From Basidiobolus meristosporus CBS 931.73 (lineage: Eukaryota; Fungi; Basidiobolomycota), in the NCBI GenBank assembly GCA_002104905.1, contig MCFE01000093.1, forward strand, positions 62,001 to 126,000: a DNA stretch of 64,000 bases, in the 5' to 3' direction. The notes under the pieces were generated by a model. It did not search any database. It saw only the letters and a list, made by a program, of their open reading frames with translations, and was not told where the DNA came from. This document shows positions 49,541-61,100 of the stretch, in pieces. The first letter of the stretch is position 1, and each line of letters opens with the position of its first letter. The translations under genes and the position numbers were made by a program.

Positions 49541-50247
49541 TTAGAATGCCCGACGTCGAATGTCAACCCAAATAAATATAGTGGCCATGGCCCATAATGC
49601 CAACTGCGTCATAGCTAGGTCAAACGATCTCCTGAAAGTACAGTACAACTCTGCACCATGGTTGTTGAATAGCCAGCCAGAGTACGAGGAGTATTGATGT
49701 CTCCGGTGTTTAGCATGATCCAGTTCATGGTAATCGCACACCACGTTAGAAACAACGCCAAGTGAATGACCAGATGGAGCACCTTGCGGCTTCGTTTCTT
49801 GATAACATGGTGAACTAGTGGAGAGCCTTCACTTGCTTCAGGATCCACCGCAGCACCAGCAGAATTGGCTGCACCAGTAGGATGGCAATGGCTCATGCGC
49901 CCACGCACCCAGCTGAGGATGTACAGAAAGGTAACAATCCATGAAATGATTCCACAAGCTATGGTAAGCGTTGTGAATTCACTGGAGCTGCAGGTGCGCG
50001 TAAACTGAACAAAAAAGTCAAGTAAGAGACTTGTCACAACCAATATGGCTAGTCGGATAAGAAGCAAGGGCCATCGGTGGGTCCAGCTGCGTTTACGATC
50101 TAATTCAGGTGATATATGCTCTGGCGAAACAAATGACACATATCTGGGTCGCTTTGGACGATGAGGGAGCGACACAAGGCGGGGTTTTTCACTTACGTTA
50201 CTTGTAGAGGAGTGCGATGACAAGAATGTAGAAGAAGAGTCCATCAT
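49541..50247 (-). CDS. MARVEL-like four-TM membrane protein (C-terminus needs a frame change)
   Basis: LLIRLAILVVTSLLL, TIACGIISWIVTFLYI, LHLVIHLALFLTW helices; fourth helix LAMTQLALWAMATIFIW lies in another frame. Confidence 0.55.
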
Positions 50248-50878
50248 GCTAACTCTGCTCAAAGCGGTTGGATGTAGAAGAATTTAGGAATGAACTATGG
50301 ATAGCTATTAGTGACAAATGTACATGCATGTAACAATGTATATGAAAGGAGTTTAACAAAGAGAATATTCAACAGGGAAATGATTAATTTTAAGAGAACA
50401 GCGGTCACAAGGAGTGGATGAACAGGAAAGAGGAAGAGCCGAAGAGGACTGTTGCATTGAACCACCGGATGTGGCCGGGGAATTTATACCCAGAGCCTCA
50501 TTACGGAACATTAAAGTAATGGATATTTATTGGCTGCATCCTCGCTAACTTTATTATGTAAGTTGAATCACAAGACAGCAGCAATGTTTTTGAACAAGGC
50601 TCACGTGTGGCTTTCTCTCTAGCAAGGCGGTTTGATAGCCAATTACCAGATTAGTGGAGGCATGACCCACTGCGTAATGATCTGGTTATTACCGGCTTAT
50701 TATGGATTTTTATTATTTCCATGCACTCGACCAACACTGGCAATATATTGTGTGACATAGGTCTTGTTGCTGACTTTCCGTATTCATCCTCCTGGTGTCA
50801 CATTTACTAATGAGCCATCAAAAGAATCGTTCGCTGTATTGCATGCAAGCAAATCGTGAACAAGGAATGGCACAGACA

Positions 50879-50925
50879 CCATATATACGACCATATATAC
50901 GACCATATATACGACCATATATACG
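50879..50925. repeat. 12-bp minisatellite (CCATATATACGA)x4
   Basis: Read directly; last unit lacks its final A. Confidence 0.95.
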
Positions 50926-51518
50926 CCGTATCCAGAGCCGCCCTTGATTTGATTGAAGTGGTAATCATATGATAACATCAGAACGAATTGGAAATCTGAC
51001 CATGTTCACCCTCGAATTTCCTAGCATTCCAGGCAGCAACTCCGTTTACTAGCATTCCAGCCTCTCATCCACCTACTCGTCTCCACTTAGATCTTCCCTT
51101 TGTTGCTCAACTATGTCCAGGAAATCTCGTCTTGAGAAGCCTGCAGGTTTGCTATCGCCACCCAAAGCCTTTGATTCCTCCAAGTATCATCCAGCATTTG
51201 CGGTGGCATTGGCCCCAATCCGATGCCAGCATGCACAATGTCGTTCAACTGATCCAGCCGTACGGTCGCCCATATGGGACGGGTATTGCCAGTTCTCAAG
51301 CAACCGAAATAAATTATAACTTTTGTAAACTACCGCCGTTTGCACTAGGTGTTCACTGTGGGTTATGAGTCGGCTTTGATGTATCATAAATTAGATGTAT
51401 TATAACTCGAGTGTATGGGTGAAATCATGACGTGTATATGCAGCTGTTGATACATTTGGTCTCAGTAAATACAAAATCCTGCATTTCCATATTTTTACCC
51501 TTTGAACCACTCCATCTC

Positions 51519-52040
51519 ATGGGAAACTTGCTTTCTTCCCAAAGGTCGCCGGAAGAGGACGTTGAGCGCTATCGCAAAGAGGCCGATAGGTATGCTAAGC
51601 TGCGGAATGAGTGCTTTTCGAAATCCCAAGCGCTATACAGAAGCGGGGATAAAAAGGGGGCTAAGGAGGAATCGGAAAAAGGAAAAGAATACGGTAAAAA
51701 GATGGAAGCGGCCAACCAGCAGGCGGCCGAGGTTATGTTCCAGATGAAGAATAGCTCTTTGCCGCAGGACAAACTAGATCTACACGGACTTTATGTTAAG
51801 GAAGCCTTAGCAAAAGTGGAAGAGCGGGTGAAACGATGCAAGCGTGAAAAACATCATGATAGCCTAACTATCATAGTAGGGCTGGGAAACCATTCCACCG
51901 ATGGAGTCCAAAAACTAAGGCCTGCGGTGGAAGCCTGGTTAAAACAGCAAAATCTCAACTACACCGTTGACCAGCCTAACCGAGGATGCTTGTTGGTTGA
52001 CCTTAAGAGCAACCAAAAGTCAAGCTGCATTATTTGCTGA
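51519..52040 (+). CDS. DUF1771 + Smr domain protein (Ypl199c-like)
   Basis: A-x-LRNECF..SQ.LY..GDK..AK..SEKG helix region; LDLHGLYVKEA and IIVGLGNHS Smr motifs; starts MGNLLS, ends CIIC. Confidence 0.9.
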   Translation: MGNLLSSQRSPEEDVERYRKEADRYAKLRNECFSKSQALYRSGDKKGAKEESEKGKEYGKKMEAANQQAAEVMFQMKNSSLPQDKLDLHGLYVKEALAKVEERVKRCKREKHHDSLTIIVGLGNHSTDGVQKLRPAVEAWLKQQNLNYTVDQPNRGCLLVDLKSNQKSSCIIC

Positions 52041-52523
52041 ATGATTGATCCATGAGAAAAATAGATGAGCGCTGACCAACAGCCATAGATTACTTATTCA
52101 CTCAAATAACTCATTTCGATATAAAGATAATCCAAAGCATTGCTGGAGACTTGCGCTTAATCAAGATGTAGCTAACTGTATCTAGAGAATTAGACCAAAT
52201 TACTCACGTGGGTCACGCTTCCAAGTTCCGAAGTTCCGATAGGCCCATGCCGGCAATGAAGCAAGATGAATGGATATATCATCAATTCCCTCAACAGTAT
52301 CGGCTGTCCAGTAGACAGTTAAGGAAACTCCTTGATATTGGTGCATGTTGATCGGTGGAAGCGGAGGTAGTAATAATAAGGGACCTCATCCCTAGATCAA
52401 ATCCGGTTGATAGTCGGTATTAGTTCCTATTGGAGTGTCCCATACGTGATGAGGCAAAGAACCTTAATTCCTAGCTTTGAGTATCTATATAAGAAGGGCA
52501 CTGGAGGATATACACCGTACATC

Positions 52524-53084
52524 ATGGTAGCCAGTCAAGTAGAACACGGAGTTGACAACAGCAAGAACACTTCATTGCTGAAGAACCGAGAGTCTTTGGA
52601 CTTGATTAGAGTACTACGGACCGATGCCGAATATAGCGAAGAAGAGCTCGTTCCTGCAGAGGCTCCAGAAACCTTTAGACACACAGATGCCTTGGTTTGG
52701 CATACACTTCGCGGCGAAGGGAAAATCGACTTGGATCCTCTGATATTTCGCTCCACTGACGGTCAAAAGGTAGTCATGATTGTGCACCTCGGGCCCAAAC
52801 TATGTGGCCATAAAGGTATTATTCATGGCGGTATGATTGCTTCATTATTGGATGAAGCCTTGGGTAGAACTATCATTCCGAATCTGCCTGGAAGCATCGG
52901 ATTCACTGCGAATTTCTCCATCAACTACCGACGCCCTACCTTTGCCGATAACTTCGTCGTGGTCAGAACAGAAGTGACCAAGATTGAGGGAAGAAAAGGA
53001 TTCGTTAAGGGCCAGATAGAAGATGTGCAAGGCAACATCTTGGCGGATTCGGAGGCACTGTTCATCGCTCCCAAAACCAGCTAA
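52524..53084 (+). CDS. Hotdog-fold acyl-CoA thioesterase (PaaI/THEM4-like)
   Basis: HLGPKLCGHKGIIHGGMIASLLDEALG, FTANFSINYRRPT motifs; start codon uncertain (open frame from 52407). Confidence 0.85.
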   Translation: MVASQVEHGVDNSKNTSLLKNRESLDLIRVLRTDAEYSEEELVPAEAPETFRHTDALVWHTLRGEGKIDLDPLIFRSTDGQKVVMIVHLGPKLCGHKGIIHGGMIASLLDEALGRTIIPNLPGSIGFTANFSINYRRPTFADNFVVVRTEVTKIEGRKGFVKGQIEDVQGNILADSEALFIAPKTS

Positions 53085-53143
53085 TCTTTTTGTTCATGCC
53101 ATCTAGCATCTCGTGTAAATTTCAACCCTTTGAATAATCTACA

Positions 53144-53175
53144 AATAAATCCCGAATAAATCCCGAATAAATCCC
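53144..53175. repeat. 11-bp tandem repeat (AATAAATCCCG)x3 downstream of thioesterase
   Basis: Read directly; each unit contains AATAAA. Confidence 0.85.
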
Positions 53176-53363
53176 ATTTCTGCAACCTACCTTTATTTGA
53201 CCAATCCAGTGAAATAATTCCCTTTTTTTCAACTAGGGTCCCCTACAATTTAGTGTTTATATAAGAAGTGACAATCCCCTATATTCATACCTTACCTTTT
53301 ATCAGTCATGGGCCGATTCTAATATGTAAGTAACCCATCCTACAGATGCTTATTTTTTTCACA

Positions 53364-53438
53364 ATGATGATTTGTCCAGTCTCGTTCGTATGAACCAATT
53401 CTGTGATTATTACATACAAAACATGCATCACCATCTGA
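53364..53438 (+). ncRNA. snR55: Box C/D snoRNA copy 1 (snR55/U33-like, double guide)
   Basis: C box ATGATGA, D' ATGA, C'-like GTGATT, D box CTGA; guides GTCTCGTTCGT and CATGCATCACCAT complementary to conserved 18S rRNA. Confidence 0.88.
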
Positions 53439-53575
53439 GCCTTCTTACCAGTGACTAGAATATTTTCTTTCAGCACAACCGCTAATTTTCTCTTTTTATT
53501 CTAGTTGGTATCGGCTGCATAGTAACAATGATAAGGTAATTATTTTTTCTTTACTCAAAGTTTTGCAACTTCCAC

Positions 53576-53649
53576 ATGATGATTTGTCCAGTCTCGTTCG
53601 TATGAACCAATTCTGTGATTATTACATACAAACATGCATCACCATCTGA
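53576..53649 (+). ncRNA. snR55: Box C/D snoRNA copy 2
   Basis: Identical to copy 1 except one fewer A in the CAAAAC run. Confidence 0.88.
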
Positions 53650-53811
53650 CATTCCCATTTCCTTCTGGAATAATTGTGTATTAAGACCACTAGCTAATCC
53701 ATCTCTTTAGATTGTAGATCTCAAGTGATATCGTTCGTAACCATCCACGAATCGTATATATGCATATATGGTATGTATTCTTCTCTATCGCAGCAGTGTT
53801 AGTCCAATTAC

Positions 53812-53885
53812 ATGATGATTTGTCCAGTCTCGTTCGTATGAACCAATTCTATGATTATTACATACAAACATGCATCACCATCTGA
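53812..53885 (+). ncRNA. snR55: Box C/D snoRNA copy 3
   Basis: Identical to copy 2 except G>A in the C'-like box (ATGATT). Confidence 0.88.
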
Positions 53886-54188
53886 CACCTTTCACTTGCT
53901 TGCTTTCTGATGACTTCTCCAAGTACAAAACTAATACTTACTTACAGGTTGCCGAACAATGGTGTGATAAAATTTTGTAAATAAACATGTAAATAAGCAA
54001 AACTTGAACTTGATTTAAAATTATTTGTTTGGCAGTGGAATGTTTATTATGATTGGCAGGGGTGATTCAATTGGATGAAACTGACATGCCCGTCGAGTGG
54101 CATTGCAAGTAGTATTTGTTACTGAGTATCTCTGTCCAGTGTCCTGGCACACCTTCCTTGGAGCAACGAACTAGAAGTTTATTACTAC

Positions 54189-55976
54189 ATGGAGTTTACA
54201 GATTTCTTTAAATTGTCAGGATTTTGTAAATATTCTCCGGATGGTGAATTCATTGCTGCTATCTTCGAAAAGCGCTTAGTTATCCGGAGCATTCATACGC
54301 TGAAGATCACCCGTATGCACCATCTGGATAAGCCCATTAATGTGCTTGAGTGGTCCAATGATTCAAGATTGATTATGTGCGCCTCGTATAAACACGGAAC
54401 GGTAGACATCTTTGATGTTGATGATAGAGACTGGCACGGGCAGATCAGCGAGGGTGATGCTGGTTTGACTTCAGCAAGATGGACTTTCGACGGTAGACAT
54501 GTCATGACTGTGAGTGAATTTCAGGTAGGACAAAGAGAAACTTCAGGTAAAAGCCGTAAAGAGCTCATTCGAAACTTTCTTAGATGAGGTTGACCATTTG
54601 GTCATTGACGGGTGACTCACACATGTCCATTCAGTACCCCAAGTTCTCGGATAGAGGTAAACTCGTCCACCAGCTATTCTTCGCGTCTCCTATTAATGTC
54701 GGGCTATTCTTAGGGGTGGCGTTTCAAAAAGATGGCCGCTACGTGGCTATCGTAGAAAAGCGCGATAGCAAAGATATTATCAGCATATACGATTGCAGTT
54801 CTTGGGCAGTTTGTAAGGTTGGATTAGGATGCCACTTTGACTCTAGATTCAATTGATCTCACCGTTTCCAAAAGCGCATTCAGCCAGAAACGATCGACCT
54901 GGAGAATCTCGAGTGGTCGCCCAACGGCCATTACTTGGCTGTCTGGGACACGCCTTTGAATGTTGGTAATTTCAGCTCCAATCCTTCCGATCGTTACTAG
55001 TCACTAACAGGCCCAACAAAGTACAAATTACTGATCTACACTGCCGACGGAGTGCTGCAGCGATCGTACTCAGCTTATGACCATGCCTTGGGCATAAAAT
55101 CTGTTCAATGGTCGCCCTCGAGCCAGTTTCTAGCCATCGGAAGCTATGACCAGCAGGTAAGTGTTTACGACAAGAACTCCATTTAACGAGAGGCTAACGA
55201 GACAGGGCTCAGGTGCGCTTTTTGAATCACTATACGTGGAGTCCACTGATAGAATTTACATGCGATGACCTACCGAACGATCCCTCAATGGTAAAGTTTA
55301 CCCTGGTAAGCACGCCCAACTTATGCCTAACGGTGACTAATCCTCCGTAGCCTATCTATTGCCAAAACTTTGTGGAGGAATCCAAAGGAAACGTTACAAT
55401 TCATTGTAAGTAAATGAATCAAGCATGTTCCGCCCGACACCCCGGCTAACCCTCAGTATAGACGCTCCTGTTTACCCTCCAGCAATGATTCCCGCTGTCA
55501 AGCCAGAGGCCGGAAAACCATCACCTAAATTGGGGGTTGGCATGATCAAATTCAATCCTCATGGCCGTTTGGTAGCCGTCATCAATGGTAGCCATCAATG
55601 CGCTCAATCATGAGATCTCTGTTCTTACAACCAACTTTACCATTTAGAATGTATTCCTACTTGCTTATGGCTGATGGACATCCCCAACGTACGCCAGATT
55701 TGCGCCATCCAGCAGGCATACCCCATACGAGCCGTTCAGTGGAATCCCATCAATCCGGAGCAGGTGGCTTTCGTTTGTGGTGGAAATCACATCTATTTGT
55801 GGACCGAAAAAACTGGCTGTGAATCTTTCGAAGTCACCGCTGATAACTTTGAGGCTGTTGGCTTAGAATGGAGCCCAGATGGACACTCTTTGGTCATTAA
55901 AGGCAAGGAGCTCTTTTGTGTTGCATTTCCTGTTCACAAAACCAGGGCCAATCCTTCAACGAATAATGGCTTGTAG
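54189..55976 (+). CDS. WRAP73: WD40 protein WRAP73/WDR8 homolog, multi-exon
   Basis: [31 protein letters not shown]...[47 protein letters not shown] match the WDR8 family. Confidence 0.9.
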
Positions 55977-56327
55977 ATTACTGTATGTATGATTGGTATT
56001 TTGTACACGCAGTTAGTTTGTGTGTACGCCTAAATATTTACATCAACCTGCTCACTTAGATCTTAGTCTATGACCAAAACTTTTAGCAGTAGATTCTTGA
56101 AATAGTTTCCACCAAAGTTTTTCCACAATTGGTATATGATTTCCTGCATCTTCAGTTGGTATTTTGATCAATCAATTCCATCAACAATAGACAATTAAAT
56201 GACGACTGAATCGGCGTGCACATTCACCCAAATCGACCATGCAAAAAAATCCTTCCATTTCCTAGATAGCCTCTTGGGCCAAACTTGCTTTTCGCAAGCG
56301 TACTATATATTTGTATAAATCTTCCCC

Positions 56328-57075
56328 ATGTCTTCATCGGTAAGTTGGGTTATAAGAGTCTTTTTCAGTAGCCGAGAGTTTTGGACATAGATTGATTGTA
56401 CTACATCAATTGATTTGCTTTGATTGTTACGAACCGTCCTAATTGACATGGCCCTCTAGGATATCAAAGCGCTTGTAGATGTATCAGCTAAAGGCGCTGA
56501 GCAATTCGTAGATCTGTATTATAAACTATATGATGATCAAAGACACGTAGGTACCTCTGGTCTCTTTCGCGAACTTCGTGATTGTTGAGACAATTCCGCT
56601 CTCGATAAAACATCGACTAATCACCTCCCGGGCCTCAAGCTACTAGGAAAATTTTATCGGGATAATTCTGCTATTGTGTGGAATGGTTCGTATCAGCATA
56701 ATTCAATGGAATCGATGTGGGATTTGGCATTAACGTAGCGACCATCCATTAGGAAATGCATACTCCGGAATTACCCCCTTCGCGGATTTCTATCAAAAGC
56801 TGCCCTCTACTGTTCATGATATACAGGCTTTTGATTGCCACCCCTTACCTTGTAAGTATAACTGTTTGACTTCAGTAGTGATATCACGCTCTAACCGCGC
56901 CTTAGTTACTGGACCTGCCGATGGCCCATTTAGTATCCTGGTGAATGTCACCGGGTCCGTGAAATATGGAAAAGAGATTGTCGCGCGTCTGTTTTCGCAG
57001 AATTTCGTGTTGACACCAGATCCTGCTAAGCTCGGTAACTTCTACGTTGGCAGTGACTGTTTCCGCTTCGTCTGA
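56328..57075 (+). CDS. NXT1: NTF2-related export protein NXT1/p15, multi-exon
   Basis: Spliced MSSSDIKALVD..KGAEQFVDLYY, FYRDNSAIVWNGN, IQAFDCHP, ILVNVTGSVKYG, FSQNFVL, YVGSDCFRFV. Confidence 0.85.
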
Positions 57076-58104
57076 ATCATAGAGCTATAACATAGCACCC
57101 AGTAGAAATGTAAACCATATCAAGAGCCTCACGACCTTCAGATAATTCATTAAAGACCGAGATGACTTAAATAAATCGCGACGATTAGAAGTCCCAAAAG
57201 ATGGTTTCAGCTGAAGCTTCTAATTCCTTTTTTTGTAAACTTGTATCAGCATATAGCATTCACACATTGTATCAATTTCCTTTTATACTGCGACGTGTGC
57301 TGTCAAGGGAAGATACTTTTATTGCGCTGAAGTTGTGTCTTCCATCAATACAAAGTTCAAGCAGCTCCTACAAAGGGAATCCGATGAATATTCGGCAATA
57401 AAGGGAATCATCATGGCTTAAATTCACCAAGACGTATGCTGCAGTATTTCAAAAAAGAACCTATTTCAATTTTTACTTTGGATAGTTATCATTTCTTGCT
57501 TTTTTAGGCCCACATTGATAAAATAGATAAATTTTCACCTTTTAATATCTCGTTTTTTCAGGGAGAGTCAACAGTTGTACTCAACCGTGAAAAGATTTAG
57601 GGAAGACAAGTGGAAAGATACAGCCAAAGTGGCGTTGATCATCTACAGCATATACTAAGGTACTGTTGTCGACCATCAACCCAGTTAGATCTAGTATTGC
57701 ACTTGGGAGATGGTGTTCATCTATGGGACTGATTGCTTATGCTATTCACTGTCATAGGGATATATCAAGAAGCACTCCCCTTCGCATCGTTTGTACTATA
57801 CCGGAGCATCGACCAAGAAGCTAGAACTAGTAAGCACACACCGTAGCCAATTTATCAACTACAGTTCAGGAGGCTGACTTTTGCTGTAAAAGATACGGAC
57901 ATAATCTTTTCGGAGGAAGCTTCTTTGCATTTTCTGACACGTGCCGACATTATCCTTATTACGCACTTATATCTCATAAAAACGACCAGCGTACGTGGAT
58001 ATCTCTTCCAGTAACTTCCATACTTCAAAAAGCTCACCTATTCCACGTGATTTAAAAGCTTCGTGGATATTGTCAACCTCATATTCCAATTGAAAGACCA
58101 GAAT

Positions 58105-61100
58105 ATGGAGAGTCAGGTTGCGAATATGGTCGGAGAAGATGTCACTCTAGACAACAAAACTGATAGAATGGAAACCGAAGTGCCCTCCGAGGTAGCAAAT
58201 CCATCCAGTGCATCATTGCATCAAAACGGAGATCAACAAGCCAACAAAATATCCGAAGATATATTTGATGCGCCTTCGCCATTGTCTGAACATGAAATCT
58301 CTTTCAATGGCAAATCGGAAAACGAGGAAAGCGACGCCAGTACAAGCAGCGACAGCGAGAGCGATAGTGGTTTTGTAGCAATGAAGCAGCCTCGTATTAA
58401 AGCATTCCCATTGAGATCCGAGGCTTCGATTTCATCTGCGTCAGGAAACCCTTTTGCCAGGTAGATACCAAAAGGCCACTTATTAAGACACAGCGTGAGT
58501 CTGAAATACCATTTTTCGTTAGTCAAGAGGAGATCGATGCCGCCCTAGAGATGGAAGTATCAGATATGGTTAGTGTTACGAGCACCAGTCCTCGTGTGGA
58601 AAAACTCTCAGCCGTCTGTGATTATGCCAGTTTGCTTACTTCACAATCTTAAACTGAACAGGGTCCTTCCGAAGCATCGGATGCTGAATCAGAGAGCGAT
58701 CTCTCAGATTTGTATAGTGATGACGATGGGTCTTCGAAGAACAAAAGCAAACACAGAAAAACGAAGCTTGGCCCTAAAGTCAAGTATAAACCAAACTGGG
58801 CCGTTCCATATGATCCAGTAGTGATCCCAATGGGCGAAAGGGTAAACCACTCTCTCCTGATCACATTAATATCATTACTTATCGGTTGAGGGCTTTAGAC
58901 GGTCGAGAAATTGCTTGCTCATAGACACAGCGCTCAAGATCCATCCAAGGAAGAACTGCTGGTCAAATATAAGGTAATCTAGGTCATACTGTCCAGTGAA
59001 AAAACACGCTAACTCTAGGATTATAGAACATGAGCTATTTCCATGCTGAATGGGTTCCCAGAGAACGAGTTGAACAAGAGCATCTAGGCAAGAATCGGAT
59101 CAAGAGATTCTTAGATAAACAAGGCTGGGATACTCAATGGGGCGAGGATCAGGCCTTCAACCCATCTTTCTTGAAGATTGATCGAATCATCGATGAAGGA
59201 GAATTATCGATGGAAAACACCGATGAGGAGAGTATTTATTTTTTGGTGAAGTGGTGTGGATCTCCCTATGACCAGTCCACCTGGGAAAAAAAGGAAGATG
59301 TGATGAAGATGGACCCGCAAAAAATCGAAGAGTTCCACCAGCGCCGGGTGCTTTCTGAGTCTAGACCCGAGAAGCCAACACCACGTCCTACGAAGAGTAG
59401 ATTCGACAAGTTGAAGGAGTCTCCGTTATTTAAGCATGGCAACCAGCTTAGACCCTATCAATTGGAAGGACTCAACTGGCTGCTGTTTTGTTGGTTCAAT
59501 CAACAATCATGTATAATGGCCGATGAGATGGGTCTTGGGAAGACCGTGCAGTCAGTATCTTTTCTCTACGAAGTGTTCCGGACTTATAACGTACAAGGTC
59601 CCTTCTTAGTGGTAGCCCCATTGTCCACAATTCCTCATTGGGAGCGAGAATTTAAGGGCTGGACAGAAATGAATACCATTGTATTTCATGGAAGTGTGAC
59701 CTCACGTAACCTTATTGTCGACTCGGAATTCTACTACAAGGATGCAAATGGCGAGATTGTGCCCAATTTCTACAAGTTTGACGTCGTTATTACCACCTAC
59801 GAGATGATCACCGCTGGATCGGTTCAGCTGCAGCCGATCAAATGGCGAGTAACTGTATTCGATGAGGCGCACCGACTGAAAAACAAGACCTCGAAAGTGT
59901 TAGAAATGCTGAAAACGTACCACCTGGAGCATAGATTATTACTTACTGGGACTCCGCTTCAGAACTCCATGCATGAGCTTTTTAGCTTGCTTAATTTCTT
60001 ACAGCCGGACCGTTTCTACGATGAAAAGGCATTCCTGGATAATTACGGCTCGTTGAAAACATCCAGTGAGGTCGATAAGGTCCAGAAGCTACTTAAACCT
60101 CTGATGCTGCGCAGATTCAAAGAGGATGTGGAAAGTAGCATTCCCATGAAGGAAGAGACGGTCATCGAGGTTGAACTAACCAGCGTACAGAAGAAGTGGT
60201 ATAGAGCGATCCTTGAGAAGAACTTCACATGGCTGAAAAAGGGATCCAAGGGAAACTCCTATGCGGGACCCTCTCTGATAAACGTCATGATGGAGTTGAG
60301 AAAATGCTGTATGCATCCTTATTTGATCCAAGGGGCAGAGGAGCGAATCCTAGAGGAGCTCAAAGTCACCACAAGCGAGGATCATTTGAAATACATGATC
60401 GAAGCATCTGGTAAATTGGTGCTTGTGGACAAGCTGCTTAAAAAACTGAAAGATGGCGGTCACAAAGTGTTAATTTTCTCTCAGATGACTCGCTGCCTGG
60501 ATATTTTGGCCGATTATCTTCGTGCTCGAAACTACGGATATGAGAGAATCGATGGTTCGATTCGTGGTGAAATGCGTCAGGCCGCTATTGATCGGTTCTC
60601 CACGACACCCGATTCATTCGTCTTCTTGCTATGTACTCGTGCCGGTGGTGTAGGCATCAATTTAACTGCTGCCGACACATGTGTCATTTACGATAGTGAC
60701 TGGAATCCACAGAATGACCTTCAGGCGCAGGCGCGCTGCCACAGAATTGGTCAAACCAAGCCGGTACAAATCTACCGTTTGATCACACGTAATACTTACG
60801 AGAAAGAGATGTTCGACAGGGCTGGATTTAAACTTGGACTGGATAAAGCGGTTCTACAAAAGATGGATGCCACCTCAGCTATGCAAGAGGGTGACGACGC
60901 TGATATATCGAATGCATCTTCTTCCCTGAGTAAGAAGGAGGTAGAGGAACTGTTAAAGAAAGGCGCATATGGGGCTTTGTTGAGTGACGATCATGATAGC
61001 GCCAAGTTTTGCGAGGAAGATATCGACCAAATCCTCCAGCGACGTACCACTGTCATCAAGCACGAGGCGAATGAAAAAGGATCGGTATTCTCTAAGGCTA

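Larger units (their letters stand above)
53270..54000 (+). ncRNA. Non-coding snoRNA host gene with three introns (53326-53504, 53536-53710, 53771-53947)
   Basis: TATA-like TATATAAG at about 53258; GTAAGT/GTAATT/GTATGT donors, GCTAAT/GCTAAT/ACTAAT branch points, TAG/TAG/CAG acceptors; exon 1 ATG-GGC-CGA-TTC-TAA stops at once; AATAAA near 53982; outer ends approximate. Confidence 0.75.

Noticed and set aside
51018-51062. Two CTAGCATTCCAG copies (TEA-like CATTCC sites)
   Set aside because: Only two short copies; no independent support.
51111-51387. Overlapping 60-80 aa ORFs upstream of the Smr gene
   Set aside because: No recognisable motif; open on several frames, consistent with chance or UTR.
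53364-53885. Three ~74-bp direct repeats with unrelated spacers as a CRISPR-like array
   Set aside because: Repeats are too long, have C/D boxes and rRNA antisense guides, and sit in spliceosomal introns; eukaryotic context, no cas genes.
54189-55976. WRAP73/WDR8 as evidence of a centriole or flagellum
   Set aside because: WDR8 orthologs are established at spindle pole bodies of non-flagellated fungi.
50601-58050. CACGTG E-boxes at about 50605, 52205 and 58045 as a shared regulon
   Set aside because: Three hexamers in about 21 kb is within chance expectation.
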